A DNA stretch of 64,000 nucleotides from Treponemataceae bacterium. Lineage in GTDB: Bacteria > Spirochaetota > Spirochaetia > Treponematales > Rectinemataceae. The stretch lies in NCBI GenBank assembly GCA_963678065.2, contig CAXXVZ010000002.1, positions 96,001 to 160,000 on the forward strand, in the 5' to 3' direction. The translations under genes were made by a program, and so were the position numbers. Positions 19,594 through 31,240 of the stretch are shown here, in pieces (within the stretch, counting starts at the first letter, position 1; each line of letters opens with the position of its first letter). The notes beneath the pieces were generated by a model that made no database searches, was not told the DNA's origin, and worked only from the letters and a program-made list of their open reading frames with translations.

Positions 19594-20407
19594 TTCGATA
19601 AAGAGAGGTATGGACGGTGTATATCCATTCCCGGTTTCGGGAAGAGAGAATCCGCCTCGCAGCACTGGACTTACCATGGTCATCGACATGGGCAGCGGAT
19701 TGATTGCCACGAAAGACTTGTTGGATTTCGCGGGGTATTGCATCGACATTTTCAAGCTTTCATCGGGAACGATGGCGCTCTATCCAGACGCGATCCTGCG
19801 CGAAAAAGTGGACCTCATAAAATCGCGCGGAATCGAAGTGGAGGCCGGCGGCTCTCATTTCGAAGTGGCGAACTGGAAAGGCATGAGCACGAAGTACTTC
19901 AAAAAGCTCGTCGAGATCGGGGTGGATGTCGTGGAAATCGCCGATGGCCATCTTCCGCTGGCTGACAGTGTGCGGATCGACAGGATCAAAGAGGCGAAGG
20001 ATCTGGGACTCAAGGTCGCGACTGAGGTCGGAAAGAAAGAACCATCGAAAAACATCAAGGCGCCGACCATACTGGAGCAGTATCGCGACAACATTGAAGC
20101 CGGAAGCGATTACGTCATCATAGAAGGCAAGGCTTCGGGGATGGATGTCGGCATCTTTGACGAAAAAGGGAACATCAACGAACAGGAGTTGACAGAGATC
20201 ACTGGCGGAATCTCCGACATGGGCAGGGTCATCTGGGAAGCTCCGTTGCGACCTCAGCAGCAGGCACTCATTCTCCGGTTCGGCCCCAATGTCAATCTCG
20301 GGAACATTTTCCCTCAGGAAGTGTATCCTCTCGAGCTGCTGAGAAATGCGCTCATGCTTTCTCCCCTCATCAATGCCTATAACAGGGAACAGGGGGCGGC
20401 AAAATGA
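19586..20407 (+). CDS. comA: Phosphosulfolactate synthase (ComA) family protein
   Basis: PRSTGLTMVID, EVGKK, VIIEG, IWEAP, FGPNVNLGNI, LELLR. Confidence 0.88.
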   Translation: MSDSIKRGMDGVYPFPVSGRENPPRSTGLTMVIDMGSGLIATKDLLDFAGYCIDIFKLSSGTMALYPDAILREKVDLIKSRGIEVEAGGSHFEVANWKGMSTKYFKKLVEIGVDVVEIADGHLPLADSVRIDRIKEAKDLGLKVATEVGKKEPSKNIKAPTILEQYRDNIEAGSDYVIIEGKASGMDVGIFDEKGNINEQELTEITGGISDMGRVIWEAPLRPQQQALILRFGPNVNLGNIFPQEVYPLELLRNALMLSPLINAYNREQGAAK

Positions 20408-21237
20408 GGTTGACGGTGCCTGAACTGGAAAGCAAAGCCCGAGGACTGCGGATCGATACGATAAAGATGATCGCGCAAGCTGGGGGAGGACATCTGGGCG
20501 GGTCTCTGAGCGCGATGGATATCATGACGGCCCTCTATTTCAATGTACTGAGAATCGATCCTGCAGATCCGGAGAAACACGACAGGGACAGGTTCATCCT
20601 CTCGGCGGGCCACAAGGCCGCGGGATACGTCCCCGTGCTTGCGGAGCGCGGGTATTTTCCGAAGAACCTTCTGCCCACGTTCAACAAACTCGAAAGCCGT
20701 TTCGGGATGCACCCCGACAAGAACAAGATCCCCGGCTGCGACGCATCGACAGGGAGCTTGGGACACGGTCTCCCCGTCGGATTGGGAATGGCCCTCGCCC
20801 TGAGACTGGACGGGCTCGATAGCAAGGTGTTTGTCCTGCTCGGCGACGGCGAATTGCATGAGGGAACCAATTGGGAGGCGGCTATGGGAGCAGCCCAGCA
20901 CAAAGCGTCCAATCTCATCGCCATCGTAGACTACAACAAGTGTTCGATGGACGGGCCGATCGACCAGGTTGTCTCTCTCGAGCCTCTGGTGGACAAGTGG
21001 AAATCTTTCGGCTGGGACACGATCCGCATTGACGGGAACGATATGGCACAGGTGTTGGGAGCCTTGCAGGATGCGGCGGGCCGCGGTAAACGCGGGATCG
21101 GAACTCCTGCAGTGATCATCGCCGACACGATAAAGGGAAAGGGAGCGGCGTTCGCCGAGGGCGATTACCGTTGGCATTACGGCTGCCCCAGCGACGAACA
21201 GCTGGCCGAGTCAATCAAGGCACTGGGAGGCATCTGA
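20404..21237 (+). CDS. Transketolase, N-terminal subunit
   Basis: GHLGGSLS, DRFILSAGH, STGSLGHG, ThDP motif GDGELHEG. Confidence 0.93.
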   Translation: MRLTVPELESKARGLRIDTIKMIAQAGGGHLGGSLSAMDIMTALYFNVLRIDPADPEKHDRDRFILSAGHKAAGYVPVLAERGYFPKNLLPTFNKLESRFGMHPDKNKIPGCDASTGSLGHGLPVGLGMALALRLDGLDSKVFVLLGDGELHEGTNWEAAMGAAQHKASNLIAIVDYNKCSMDGPIDQVVSLEPLVDKWKSFGWDTIRIDGNDMAQVLGALQDAAGRGKRGIGTPAVIIADTIKGKGAAFAEGDYRWHYGCPSDEQLAESIKALGGI

Positions 21238-21238
21238 A

Positions 21239-22204
21239 ATGGCTGGATTAAGCATGGCTGATATAGAAAAAATGTCCGCCCGGGATGCGTTCGGTCTCGC
21301 ACTCTCGGAAATCGGAGCGGAGAACGACAAAATCGTCCTACTGGGAGCGGATGCGATCGGAAGTACGCGCGCGGCCGGATTCGCGAAACGCTTCCCCGAT
21401 CGTACCTTCAATTTCGGCATCGCGGAGCAGGAGATGATTTCCGCCGCCGCCGGCTTTGCGGCCTGCGGCAAGATACCCGTAGCGACCGCGTATGGATTTC
21501 TGATTTCCCTCAGGGCCTGCGAGCAGGTGAGGTCGGACATCTGCTACCCCAAGCTGAACGTGAAACTCATGTCGACTCACACGGGTCTGTCGATGTCGGA
21601 GGCAGGGACGACCCATCATTCCACCGAGGACATCGCAATCATGCGCAGCTTCGCGAACATGACGATTGTCGCTCCCTCTGATTCCCTTGAAACAGTGAAG
21701 GCCGTCAAGGCCGTCATCGATTATCCGGGGCCCGTATATCTCCGGATGGGCCGCGGAGAAACTGAATCCGTGTACCAGGAGGATTACGAGTTCGTCATCG
21801 GGAAAGCTGTCTCTCTGCGCGAAGGCCGGGATGTCACGATAATCGCGTGCGGCATTATGGTAGCGGAAGCCCTGAAGGCGGCGGCAACGCTCTCGTCCGA
21901 GGGAATCTCCGTGAGGGTCCTGAACATGCACACGATAAAGCCTCTTGACGTCGAGGCAGTCCTGCTCGCGGCGAAAGAAACGAAAGCCATCGTGACCGCC
22001 GAGGAGCATACGATAATCGGCGGATTGGGCGAGGCCGTCGCCGGGGTAGTCTGCGAAAATACGCCTGTGCCTGTCGTCAAGGTCGGATTGAATGACTGCT
22101 TCGGAATCATCGGACCGGAAGACGGCGTCAAACAGAAACTGGGGCTGAATGCGGAGGCGATATGCCGCTCCGTAAAAAAAGCGATCCTGCTCAAGGCTGT
22201 GTGA
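21239..22204 (+). CDS. Transketolase, C-terminal subunit
   Basis: FGIAEQ, RACEQVR, GTTHH, GPVYLR, TIKPLD, EEH. Confidence 0.93.
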   Translation: MAGLSMADIEKMSARDAFGLALSEIGAENDKIVLLGADAIGSTRAAGFAKRFPDRTFNFGIAEQEMISAAAGFAACGKIPVATAYGFLISLRACEQVRSDICYPKLNVKLMSTHTGLSMSEAGTTHHSTEDIAIMRSFANMTIVAPSDSLETVKAVKAVIDYPGPVYLRMGRGETESVYQEDYEFVIGKAVSLREGRDVTIIACGIMVAEALKAAATLSSEGISVRVLNMHTIKPLDVEAVLLAAKETKAIVTAEEHTIIGGLGEAVAGVVCENTPVPVVKVGLNDCFGIIGPEDGVKQKLGLNAEAICRSVKKAILLKAV

Positions 22205-22219
22205 GCGAAGAGGTGCGGA

Positions 22220-24058
22220 ATGGTCGGCGGATATTGGCTGAAGGCGTTGAGGGTTGATCTTGATCGGGGCGAGGTGCGCGACGAAAACCTGGATGAGAAC
22301 CTGGCAAAAGCCTGCATAGGAGGGGCCGGATTCGCCTCATACTTCCTTCTTCGCGAGGTCGGCAGGGATGTGGATGCCCGGTCTCCGTCCAACCTGCTCG
22401 CATTCGCGACCGGTCCTTTCCAGGCGATGAAAATTCCCGGCGCTGCCAAGTTTTCCATTTGCACACGATCGCCGCTTACAGGAACATTTACAGACTCCGC
22501 CGCGGGGGGAGAATTCGGTTTTGCATTGAAACGAACGGGCTATGATCTCATCCTTGTTTCAGGCAGGAGCCGGGAACCGGTATACCTCCATGTGACCGAT
22601 GGTACGGCGGAAATCCTGCCAGCCGCAGATCTGTGGGGCAAGGATTCTGTCGAGACATCCGAGATCCTGTCGGGCAGACACGGTGGAGCTTCTGTCGCGG
22701 CGATAGGTGCCGCAGGAGAAAACGGCATCGCGATGTCGTGCGTGTATGTCGACAGGTACTCCGCCGCAGGAAGGGGGGGAACCGGATGCGTCATGGGATC
22801 CAAGCAATTGAAGGCAGTAGTGCTTTCCGGAAACCTGGATCCGCCGGTCTCCGATAAAACGAAAGTCGCGGCATACGAAAAGCGGTTCAGGAAATCGATC
22901 GCCGAGACGGCTGCAGGATTCCGTGAAGGGGGGACGGTAGGCGGCCTCGCTCCGGGCGAGGAATCCGGAAATCTGCCCTTGCGCAACTGGAGTCAGGTAG
23001 GATGGAAGGAAGGTGCCGCGAAGATCGGATACCCGGGATATTCCTCGTTGCACAACACCTTGCACCCCTGCAAATATTGCACGCTCTCGTGCCACAGGCG
23101 GTCGGATGTCTCTTTCCCTGACGGGTATTCGTACAAGGGTCCTGCGCCTGAATACGAAACCTTGGCGATGCTTGGCTCGTGCTGCCTTATCGACGATCTT
23201 GAATCGCTCGTGAAGGCGAACGATGCGTGCAATCGTGCGGGCCTTGATACTATGAGCGCTGGTGGCTGCGCGGCCTTCGCGATGGAGGCGCTGGAGAAAG
23301 GGCACACAAATGGGTTCTTCCCGTCCTATGAACTCTCATGGGGTAATGGCGCGGGCTTGCTCGAGTTCATAGGAGAACTGATCGGGCGCAGGGGATTCGG
23401 AGGACTGTTTTCGGATGGAATCGTCGTGGCCGCTTCAAAATTCCTTCCCGAGGCCTCCCGCTACGCGCATCACGTGAAAGGACAGGACATACCGGCGCAC
23501 GATCCCCGCGTCTACTATAACCTCGGCTTGTCCTATGCCACGGGAAACCGCGGCGCCTGTCACATGCGCGCATATTCACAGATTTCCACTATGGGGGCCC
23601 TGTTGCCCGAGGTCGGCATCGATGTCGCGCCGGCGCCCGACACCCTGGAAGGCGCCGCTTTTGTCGTCAAAACCTATCAGGATTTCACGGCATTCTACAA
23701 TTCCTGCGTGCTGTGCCAGTTCATGATATGGGGCGGTCTCAGCTTGGGCGACATGACGGATTGTCTGAACGCGGTTACCGGATGGCAGATGACTCCGCGC
23801 GATGTGATGGAGTGCGGCGAGAGGGTTTTCACCGTACAGAGGGAGCTGAACAATATCTGGGGCTTTTCCAGAAAAGACGACAAATTGCCCGAGCGGTTTT
23901 TCGCGGCTTCTTCATCGGGGCCCCGGGCGGGCAAAGCGCCTGATCGGGATCGCTTTGCCGCCGAGCTGGCAGAGTTGTATCGTCTCCGCGGCTGGGACGA
24001 GGACGGCATCGTCAGAAACGAGACACTTATACGGCTCGGGGTAGACAAATGGATATAG
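22220..24058 (+). CDS. Aldehyde:ferredoxin oxidoreductase (tungstopterin AOR family)
   Basis: RSPLTG, AAGRGGTGCVMGSK, CKYCTLSC, PEYET, HVKG, DPR, RGACH. Confidence 0.9.
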   Translation: MVGGYWLKALRVDLDRGEVRDENLDENLAKACIGGAGFASYFLLREVGRDVDARSPSNLLAFATGPFQAMKIPGAAKFSICTRSPLTGTFTDSAAGGEFGFALKRTGYDLILVSGRSREPVYLHVTDGTAEILPAADLWGKDSVETSEILSGRHGGASVAAIGAAGENGIAMSCVYVDRYSAAGRGGTGCVMGSKQLKAVVLSGNLDPPVSDKTKVAAYEKRFRKSIAETAAGFREGGTVGGLAPGEESGNLPLRNWSQVGWKEGAAKIGYPGYSSLHNTLHPCKYCTLSCHRRSDVSFPDGYSYKGPAPEYETLAMLGSCCLIDDLESLVKANDACNRAGLDTMSAGGCAAFAMEALEKGHTNGFFPSYELSWGNGAGLLEFIGELIGRRGFGGLFSDGIVVAASKFLPEASRYAHHVKGQDIPAHDPRVYYNLGLSYATGNRGACHMRAYSQISTMGALLPEVGIDVAPAPDTLEGAAFVVKTYQDFTAFYNSCVLCQFMIWGGLSLGDMTDCLNAVTGWQMTPRDVMECGERVFTVQRELNNIWGFSRKDDKLPERFFAASSSGPRAGKAPDRDRFAAELAELYRLRGWDEDGIVRNETLIRLGVDKWI

Positions 24059-24888
24059 GAGTTCATGTCTCGCTGTGGACTCCCGAATGGGCCAGCCCTT
24101 TCCTGGATGCGCTCGACGCGGCGGCGGATCTCGGATGCACCTGTGTGGAAATCCCGCTCATGGATCCTTTCAATTTCCCTCTGGAAGATATTGAACGCCG
24201 GCTCTCGAAGAATGACCTGAAAGTCTATTGCGGTACGGGGTTGGGCAAAGATACCGACATCGGAAGCGTTTCCGCTACGGTGAGGGAGCGAGGAGTCCGG
24301 CACCTGAGCGAATGTTTGCGAATCTGCGCCGATCTGGGAAGCGACTCCCTCGGAGGCGTCTTGCATTCTCCGTGGGGAATGAGGGGGCCGGTCGATTCCG
24401 GATATGCTCAGCGTGTGGCAGCATCGCTCGGATACGTGGCAGACAAGGCGGCCGAATCCGGAATCGGCATCGCGCTGGAGTGCATAAACCGATACGAGAA
24501 CTCCTTCGTGAACACTGTCGATCAGGGGCTGTCGCTGCTGCGGATCATCGGCCGAGAGAATGTTGGCCTGCATCTGGACACCTATCACATGAACATCGAG
24601 GAGCACGGGATCGTACCCGCAATAGCCGAGGCGGGAAAGACAATCCTGCGGATGCACTTGAGTGAGAACACCAGGGGGTATCCCGGAAGCGGCTCGCTTC
24701 CCTGGAAAGAAATTCTCGCCGCAGCCCAAAAGGCAGGGTACCGGGGACCATGGATCATAGAAAGCTATGTATGCCCGGATTTCCCGGCGTCCGCCGATGT
24801 GTGCGTGTGGAGACCGATCGAGCCCGATATGTCCGCGAGTCTGCGGAAATCACTGGAGTTTCTCGGAGGGCTTATTGCAGCAGACTGA
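24049..24888 (+). CDS. Ketose 3-epimerase family protein (D-psicose/D-tagatose 3-epimerase-like)
   Basis: LECINRYE, LDTYHMNIEE, HLSENTRGYPGSG, IIES, VWR. Confidence 0.85.
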   Translation: MDIGVHVSLWTPEWASPFLDALDAAADLGCTCVEIPLMDPFNFPLEDIERRLSKNDLKVYCGTGLGKDTDIGSVSATVRERGVRHLSECLRICADLGSDSLGGVLHSPWGMRGPVDSGYAQRVAASLGYVADKAAESGIGIALECINRYENSFVNTVDQGLSLLRIIGRENVGLHLDTYHMNIEEHGIVPAIAEAGKTILRMHLSENTRGYPGSGSLPWKEILAAAQKAGYRGPWIIESYVCPDFPASADVCVWRPIEPDMSASLRKSLEFLGGLIAAD

Positions 24889-24923
24889 GAATCGCGGAAT
24901 AGATGTAGCAGATCAGGGGACCT

Positions 24924-25628
24924 TCAGGTCTGTGGCCGGGGGGTATTCCTGATCTGTTTTTTTTCCCGGAAGACCGACAAGATGTTTTCTTCGCTCAGCA
25001 GAATGTGCGAGCGGAACGCTTTCTCGTATTTTTCCTGTTCTCCTGAAGCGAGAGCTTCTATCAGCTCCCTGTGCATCATGGACATGTATGTGTCGGAGAA
25101 CTCGAAATAATGGATCATGCGGAAAAGAACGTGCATCTGTGACGCGATGTCCTTCCATGCCTTCACGAGACGCTGGTTGTCCGATTTCTGAATGATGAAC
25201 AGATGGAATTCAATGTCCAGATCCGATAATTCGGCGTAGTTGTATGATTTCTCCGACGCGACGATCTTGTCGAGAATCGAGTTGAGAGTGACAAAATCAT
25301 TTTCCGTCAAATTCCCGTGGGCAAGGCGGACTCCAAGCACTTCGAGGCTCGCCCGCAGTGTCACCAGCTCGTTGATATCCTTCTCTGTGAAATCGATGAC
25401 CGATATGCCCCGCCGCGCTTTGAACAGTATGAGTCCTTCCTGGGCCAGTTCCCGTATCGCTTCGCGCACAGGTGTCTTGCTGATGGCCATCTGGGTGGAT
25501 ATCGCCTGTTCGACCAGCTTGGTCCCAGGGGGAAGTTGGCCGTTTAAAATCGCTTCCCGAAGGTTGCTGTACGCGATTTTATACAGAGGCGAGTTCAGCG
25601 ATTCCTTTATCTTGAGTTCGTGATGCAT
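24924..25628 (-). CDS. GntR-family regulator (FCD/FadR type)
   Basis: ISKTPVREAIRELAQEG winged HTH; C-terminal DIEFH and H residues of the FCD domain. Confidence 0.9.
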   Translation of the reverse strand: MHHELKIKESLNSPLYKIAYSNLREAILNGQLPPGTKLVEQAISTQMAISKTPVREAIRELAQEGLILFKARRGISVIDFTEKDINELVTLRASLEVLGVRLAHGNLTENDFVTLNSILDKIVASEKSYNYAELSDLDIEFHLFIIQKSDNQRLVKAWKDIASQMHVLFRMIHYFEFSDTYMSMMHRELIEALASGEQEKYEKAFRSHILLSEENILSVFREKKQIRNTPRPQT

Positions 25629-25745
25629 CGAGTAACTCCAGATAGACTCTTGGACAGCACTTGAATCAGTGTAAGGCGCGTACTACATAATCCATCGGTT
25701 CAGTGCCATATGTCAATTCCTCATAATCGGGTCATAGCCCATTGT

Positions 25746-27000
<1,255 letters not shown>

Positions 27001-27020
<20 letters not shown>

Positions 27021-29592
27021 CGCTTTCCTCCATAAGTTTCCGCGCGCCGGCTTCCGTGCCGGCGACAATCCAGGCCGCCACGAGGCGGGCGTAGACGCTT
27101 TCCGTCGAGAGAGCTCCCATGGGAACCGCCCCCTCTTTCCATAATTCGTGGGCCGTGATGTAGCCCGAGAAGTCGACGATACCTTCCTGCTGACTCGTGC
27201 AGTAGAACATGACGCCCTTTTCGCGGCCTTGCCGCAAGGCCTCTTTCAGCGAGTAGGGCGACGATCCGACGGCGGCCGTCCCGGTGTCGTAGAGCTCGAG
27301 GATGAAGTTGCGGCAGCCCGAGGCCATGAGTGCCGTCACGATCTCGCCGCGCATGCCGGGAAAGATCCTGAGGATCATGGCGCTCTTCGCCGCGGCCTCG
27401 GCCCGGGCCAGGATGGACTGGGCATCGAGCCCCGCGAGGGCCTCCGCGACTACCGAGGCCGGGAAGGGTCCGGGCAGTTTCGCGCCCGAGGCTATGAGTT
27501 CGCCATTCCAGGTGCCGAAGCCAGCCTCCTCCACGCGCAGGAATTTGAGGTTGACGGGGTCGAAGGCCATGCCGTCCACCATGACGGCGACGCTTCCGGG
27601 CTCATTGCCAGCGCCCGCGGCGCCATGTGCGATGGCAGTGCCATTTGCAATGGCGGCGCGCAGGGCGGGCCCGAGCATGGCGGCGGCCTCGCGACTGTCG
27701 GCCGGGGCGCGGGTGGAAGCCGCGAGCACGATACGTTTGCCGAAGTCGCCGAAGAGCCACTGCACGAGGGGAGCCGTGTAGGCGAGTGTGTCCGTGCCGT
27801 GGGCGACGACGAGGCCGTCGGCCGAATCCCCCGCCGTCTTGCGCGCGAGGGCTTCGATGAGCCTGGCCCACTCCACCGGCGAGACTTCCTCGGAGAGGAA
27901 GGAGCCGACGACTTCCGCAGTAACGCCGATATCGGGCAGGGCCTTTTCCGAGACGGAGGCGGCGTCCCGTCCGGCCCTGTCGGCCGCGAGCATGTTCCTG
28001 AGATCTTCCGCCTCGCCGGGCACGACGAGGCCGCCCTCGGTCCTGCCCGTGATCGCTCCGCCGAAGGCGACGAGGTCGACCCGCCTCGAGGCGAATCGCT
28101 TCTCGACCATGGACCTGACGAGCTTCGGGTCGGCACGGCCGCCCGTCGCCGAGAGGGCTTTGCCCACGAGGTAGCCGAGGATCTTCGCGTCTCCCGAGGC
28201 CGCGGAGGCGACGGCGGCCGGATCGGCGGCGAATGCCTCGTCGATGGCCGCGGACACGGTGGCCGGATCGGTTATCTGGCCCCATCCCTTGGACTCGACG
28301 ATCGCGGCGGGATCATCGTCCTTTGCAAAAACGAGCTCGAGGACCTGCTTCGCGATCTTTCCGGAAATCCGCCCCTCTTCGATCATGACGACGAGGGAGG
28401 CCAGGCGCGCGGGAGTCAGGCGCATCGACAGGACCGACTCGGGCGCGATGCCGTCGCGGTTCATGATGCGCTTCACGTCGGAGGACATCCAGGCGACGAG
28501 ACGCTCGGGCGCCACGGACAGGCCCGAAACACGGACCGGGCCGCCGGCGGCAACTCCGGCGCTGGATACGGAGCCTGCGGCTGCCGGAGCCGGGGCCAGG
28601 CACCCGGCTGTCGCCTCGAAATAATCCGCGAGTGCCTTCTCCTCGCAGAGCCAGTTGGCCTGAGCCTCGGAGAGCCCGTACTGGGCGGCCAGCCGCTTCT
28701 CGCGCGGCTGCGGCAGCTCGACGAGGCCCGCGTCGACCGAGGCGAGGAACTTTGCGTCGGGTGTAAAGACGGGAAGGTCGGGCTCGGGGAAGTAGCGGTA
28801 ATCGTTCGCGCTCTCCTTGGAGCGCATCGACTCGGTCTGGTCGCGGTTCTCGTTCCACAGCCGCGTTTCCTGGCGGATCGTCCCGCCCTTGTCGAGAATG
28901 CCACTCTGGCGCTCGATCTCGTAGTTGAGGGCGAGGCGCACAAAGCGCGAGGAGTTGAGGTTCTTGATCTCGACCTTTTTTCCGAGGCCCTGGCCGCGCA
29001 GGTTGATCGAGACGTTGGCGTCGCAGCGCATGGAACCCTCTTCCATGTTGCCGTCGCAGACGCCGAGGTAGCGCACGGTGCGCCTGAGTTGCTGCAGGAA
29101 GAGCTCCGCTTCCTCGCCGATCTCGAGGTCGGGCTCGGTGACAATTTCGAGGAGGGAGACGCCCGCGCGGTTGTAGTCCAGGAGCGAGGTGTCGCCCGCG
29201 TGGATCATCTTGCCCGCATCCTCTTCGAGGTGACATTCCTTGATGCGGATCTTCTTTTTATTGCGCCGGAACTCGAGCTCTATTTCGCCGTTCACGCCCA
29301 GCGGCGAGGCGAACTGGGAGATCTGGTAGTTCTTGGGCATGTCCGGATAGAAGTACTGCTTGCGTTCGAACCATGTGACGGGCGAGAGAGTGCAGCCGAG
29401 GGCCCGCGCGACGAGCGAGCCCATGCGCATCGCCTCGATGTTGAGGGCGGGCAGGACGCCGGGGTAACCCATGCAGACAGGACAGATATTGCTGTTCGGC
29501 TCGTCGCCGAAGGAGGAGCGGCAGCCGCAGAAGACCTTGGATTTCGTGAGAAGGTGTATGTGGATCTCAAGTCCGACGAATGACTGGTACAT
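27001..29592 (-). CDS. gatB: Amidotransferase subunit B fused to a C-terminal asparaginase/GatD-like domain
   Basis: GLEIH, CPVCMGYPG, YFYPDMPKNYQISQ, EGSMRCDANVS and DYRYFPEPDLP in the first ~500 aa; then FGGAIT, HGTDTLAY and YDTGT in the same frame. Confidence 0.92.
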
Positions 29593-29595
29593 GGC

Positions 29596-31101
29596 TTAGC
29601 TCCAGAAGGCGCGGTAACCCGCAGGCCGGGCGATGGGGTGGGCCGCCTCGTATGCGGCCGAGATGCCGAAGAGGAGGTCCTCGCGGAAGGCAGGGGCCAT
29701 GACCTGGACGCCCACGGGCAGCCCGTCCTCCACTGTGCCGGGAAACGACAGCGCCGGAAGTCCCGCGAGATTGGCCGCGCAGGTGAACTTGTCGGCCGCC
29801 TTCTGCTGGTACTGCGTGAGTTCGCCCTCGCCGCGCGCCCAGGACGGGACTGGGAAGACGGGCATGAGGAGGGCATCGCAGCTGCCGAATACGCGGGCGA
29901 AGTCATTCCGGATGGCCGTCCGCACCTTCTGGGCGCGGATGTAGTAGCGGTCCTGGAAGCCCGAGCGGAGCACGAAGGTCCCGAGGAGAATGCGGAGCTT
30001 CACTTCCGGCCCGAAACCAGCCTCGCGGGACATTTCGACGAGACTGTCCGGGTTTTCTGCGCCCGGGGCCCGCACGCCGTAGCGGATACCGTTGTAGCGG
30101 GCGAGATTCGCGCTCGCCTCGGCAGTGGCGATCGTGTAGTAGGCGGGGACGACGTACTCGAGGGTCGGAAGGGTCACGTCGACGAGTTCGTAGCCGAGTG
30201 CAGCGAGGCGCCTCCTGACCGTCGCGTAGCCGCGCCCGACGGCCGGGTCGAGCTCGCCGGGGGCGACTGCGAGGACACCAACCCTGGGTTTGCGACTGAC
30301 GCCTTCCCGCGAGGCGACGGGCGCGGCGGCCGTGCCGGCATCGACAGACATGCCGATGTCGCCGGCGCCTCTGGCGGGCGGATTCCTCGAGGTCTGGTCC
30401 ATGGGATCTTCGCCGCGCATCACCTCGAAGACAGCCTTGACCCGCGCGGTGCTGTCGCCGACGACACCGATCGTCTCAAGACTCGAGGCGTAGGCGACGA
30501 GGCCGAAGCGCGAAACCGCGCCGTAGGTGGGCTTGAGTCCGACGACGCCGCAGAAGGATGCCGGCTGGCGGACCGAGCCGCCGGTATCCGAACCGAGGGC
30601 GAAGGGCACGAGCCCTGCGGCTACGGCGGCGGCCGAGCCGCCCGAAGAGCCGCCGGGCACCCTTCCCGCGGCCCAGGGATTGTCGGTGAGCTGGTAGGCG
30701 GAGTTGTCTGTCGAGGAGCCCATGCCGAACTCGTCGAGGTTTGTCTTTCCGGTCACGAAGGCTCCGGCCGCCTCGATTCTGCCGACCGCGGTCGCGGTGT
30801 AGGGCGAGACGAAGCCCTCGAGAATCTTCGATCCGCAGGTGAGACCGAGGCCCTTCACGGCGATGTTATCCTTCACGGCGAAGGGAAGACCCGCGAGAAC
30901 TCCGCCGCCGCGCGCTTCCCTGACCGCCGCCTCTCCCGGATTGGATGCGCGGGCGGGGGCAAACTCGAGGAAGGACCTGATCCGCTCCTCCCATCCGGCG
31001 AAATACTCGCCAAAACCTCGTGGAAAACCGCTAAAATCCCGAGCATCTGTCGGTCCGGGTCCGGAACCGCGCTCTATATCGGGCTTTGTGCTCATGACCA
31101 T
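29596..31101 (-). CDS. gatA: Amidotransferase subunit A
   Basis: AVKDNI, GKTNLDEFGMGSST, PGGSSGGS, GSDTGGSVRQPA, NLARYNG. Confidence 0.95.
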   Translation of the reverse strand: MVMSTKPDIERGSGPGPTDARDFSGFPRGFGEYFAGWEERIRSFLEFAPARASNPGEAAVREARGGGVLAGLPFAVKDNIAVKGLGLTCGSKILEGFVSPYTATAVGRIEAAGAFVTGKTNLDEFGMGSSTDNSAYQLTDNPWAAGRVPGGSSGGSAAAVAAGLVPFALGSDTGGSVRQPASFCGVVGLKPTYGAVSRFGLVAYASSLETIGVVGDSTARVKAVFEVMRGEDPMDQTSRNPPARGAGDIGMSVDAGTAAAPVASREGVSRKPRVGVLAVAPGELDPAVGRGYATVRRRLAALGYELVDVTLPTLEYVVPAYYTIATAEASANLARYNGIRYGVRAPGAENPDSLVEMSREAGFGPEVKLRILLGTFVLRSGFQDRYYIRAQKVRTAIRNDFARVFGSCDALLMPVFPVPSWARGEGELTQYQQKAADKFTCAANLAGLPALSFPGTVEDGLPVGVQVMAPAFREDLLFGISAAYEAAHPIARPAGYRAFWS

Positions 31102-31240
31102 GCTCCTTTTTTGGACCTGCCGGCGACGGGAAATGCCTTCCGCGCCCCGGCCGGCTTCAACGGGATCGGCCCAGGGATTTCCCCGGGCATCCCTTCCCCG
31201 ACCTGCAATCCGCAGATGGGGCTACGCTGACTGGGTGGGA

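Noticed and set aside
19586..20407. Coenzyme M biosynthesis as the role of comA
   Set aside because: No comB/comC/comDE in the window and the context is import plus catabolism; the rest of the genome was not seen.
27148..31230. Long plus-strand ORFs (811 aa, 530 aa) opposite gatB and gatA
   Set aside because: Stop-poor antisense frames typical of high-GC genes; no recognisable motifs.
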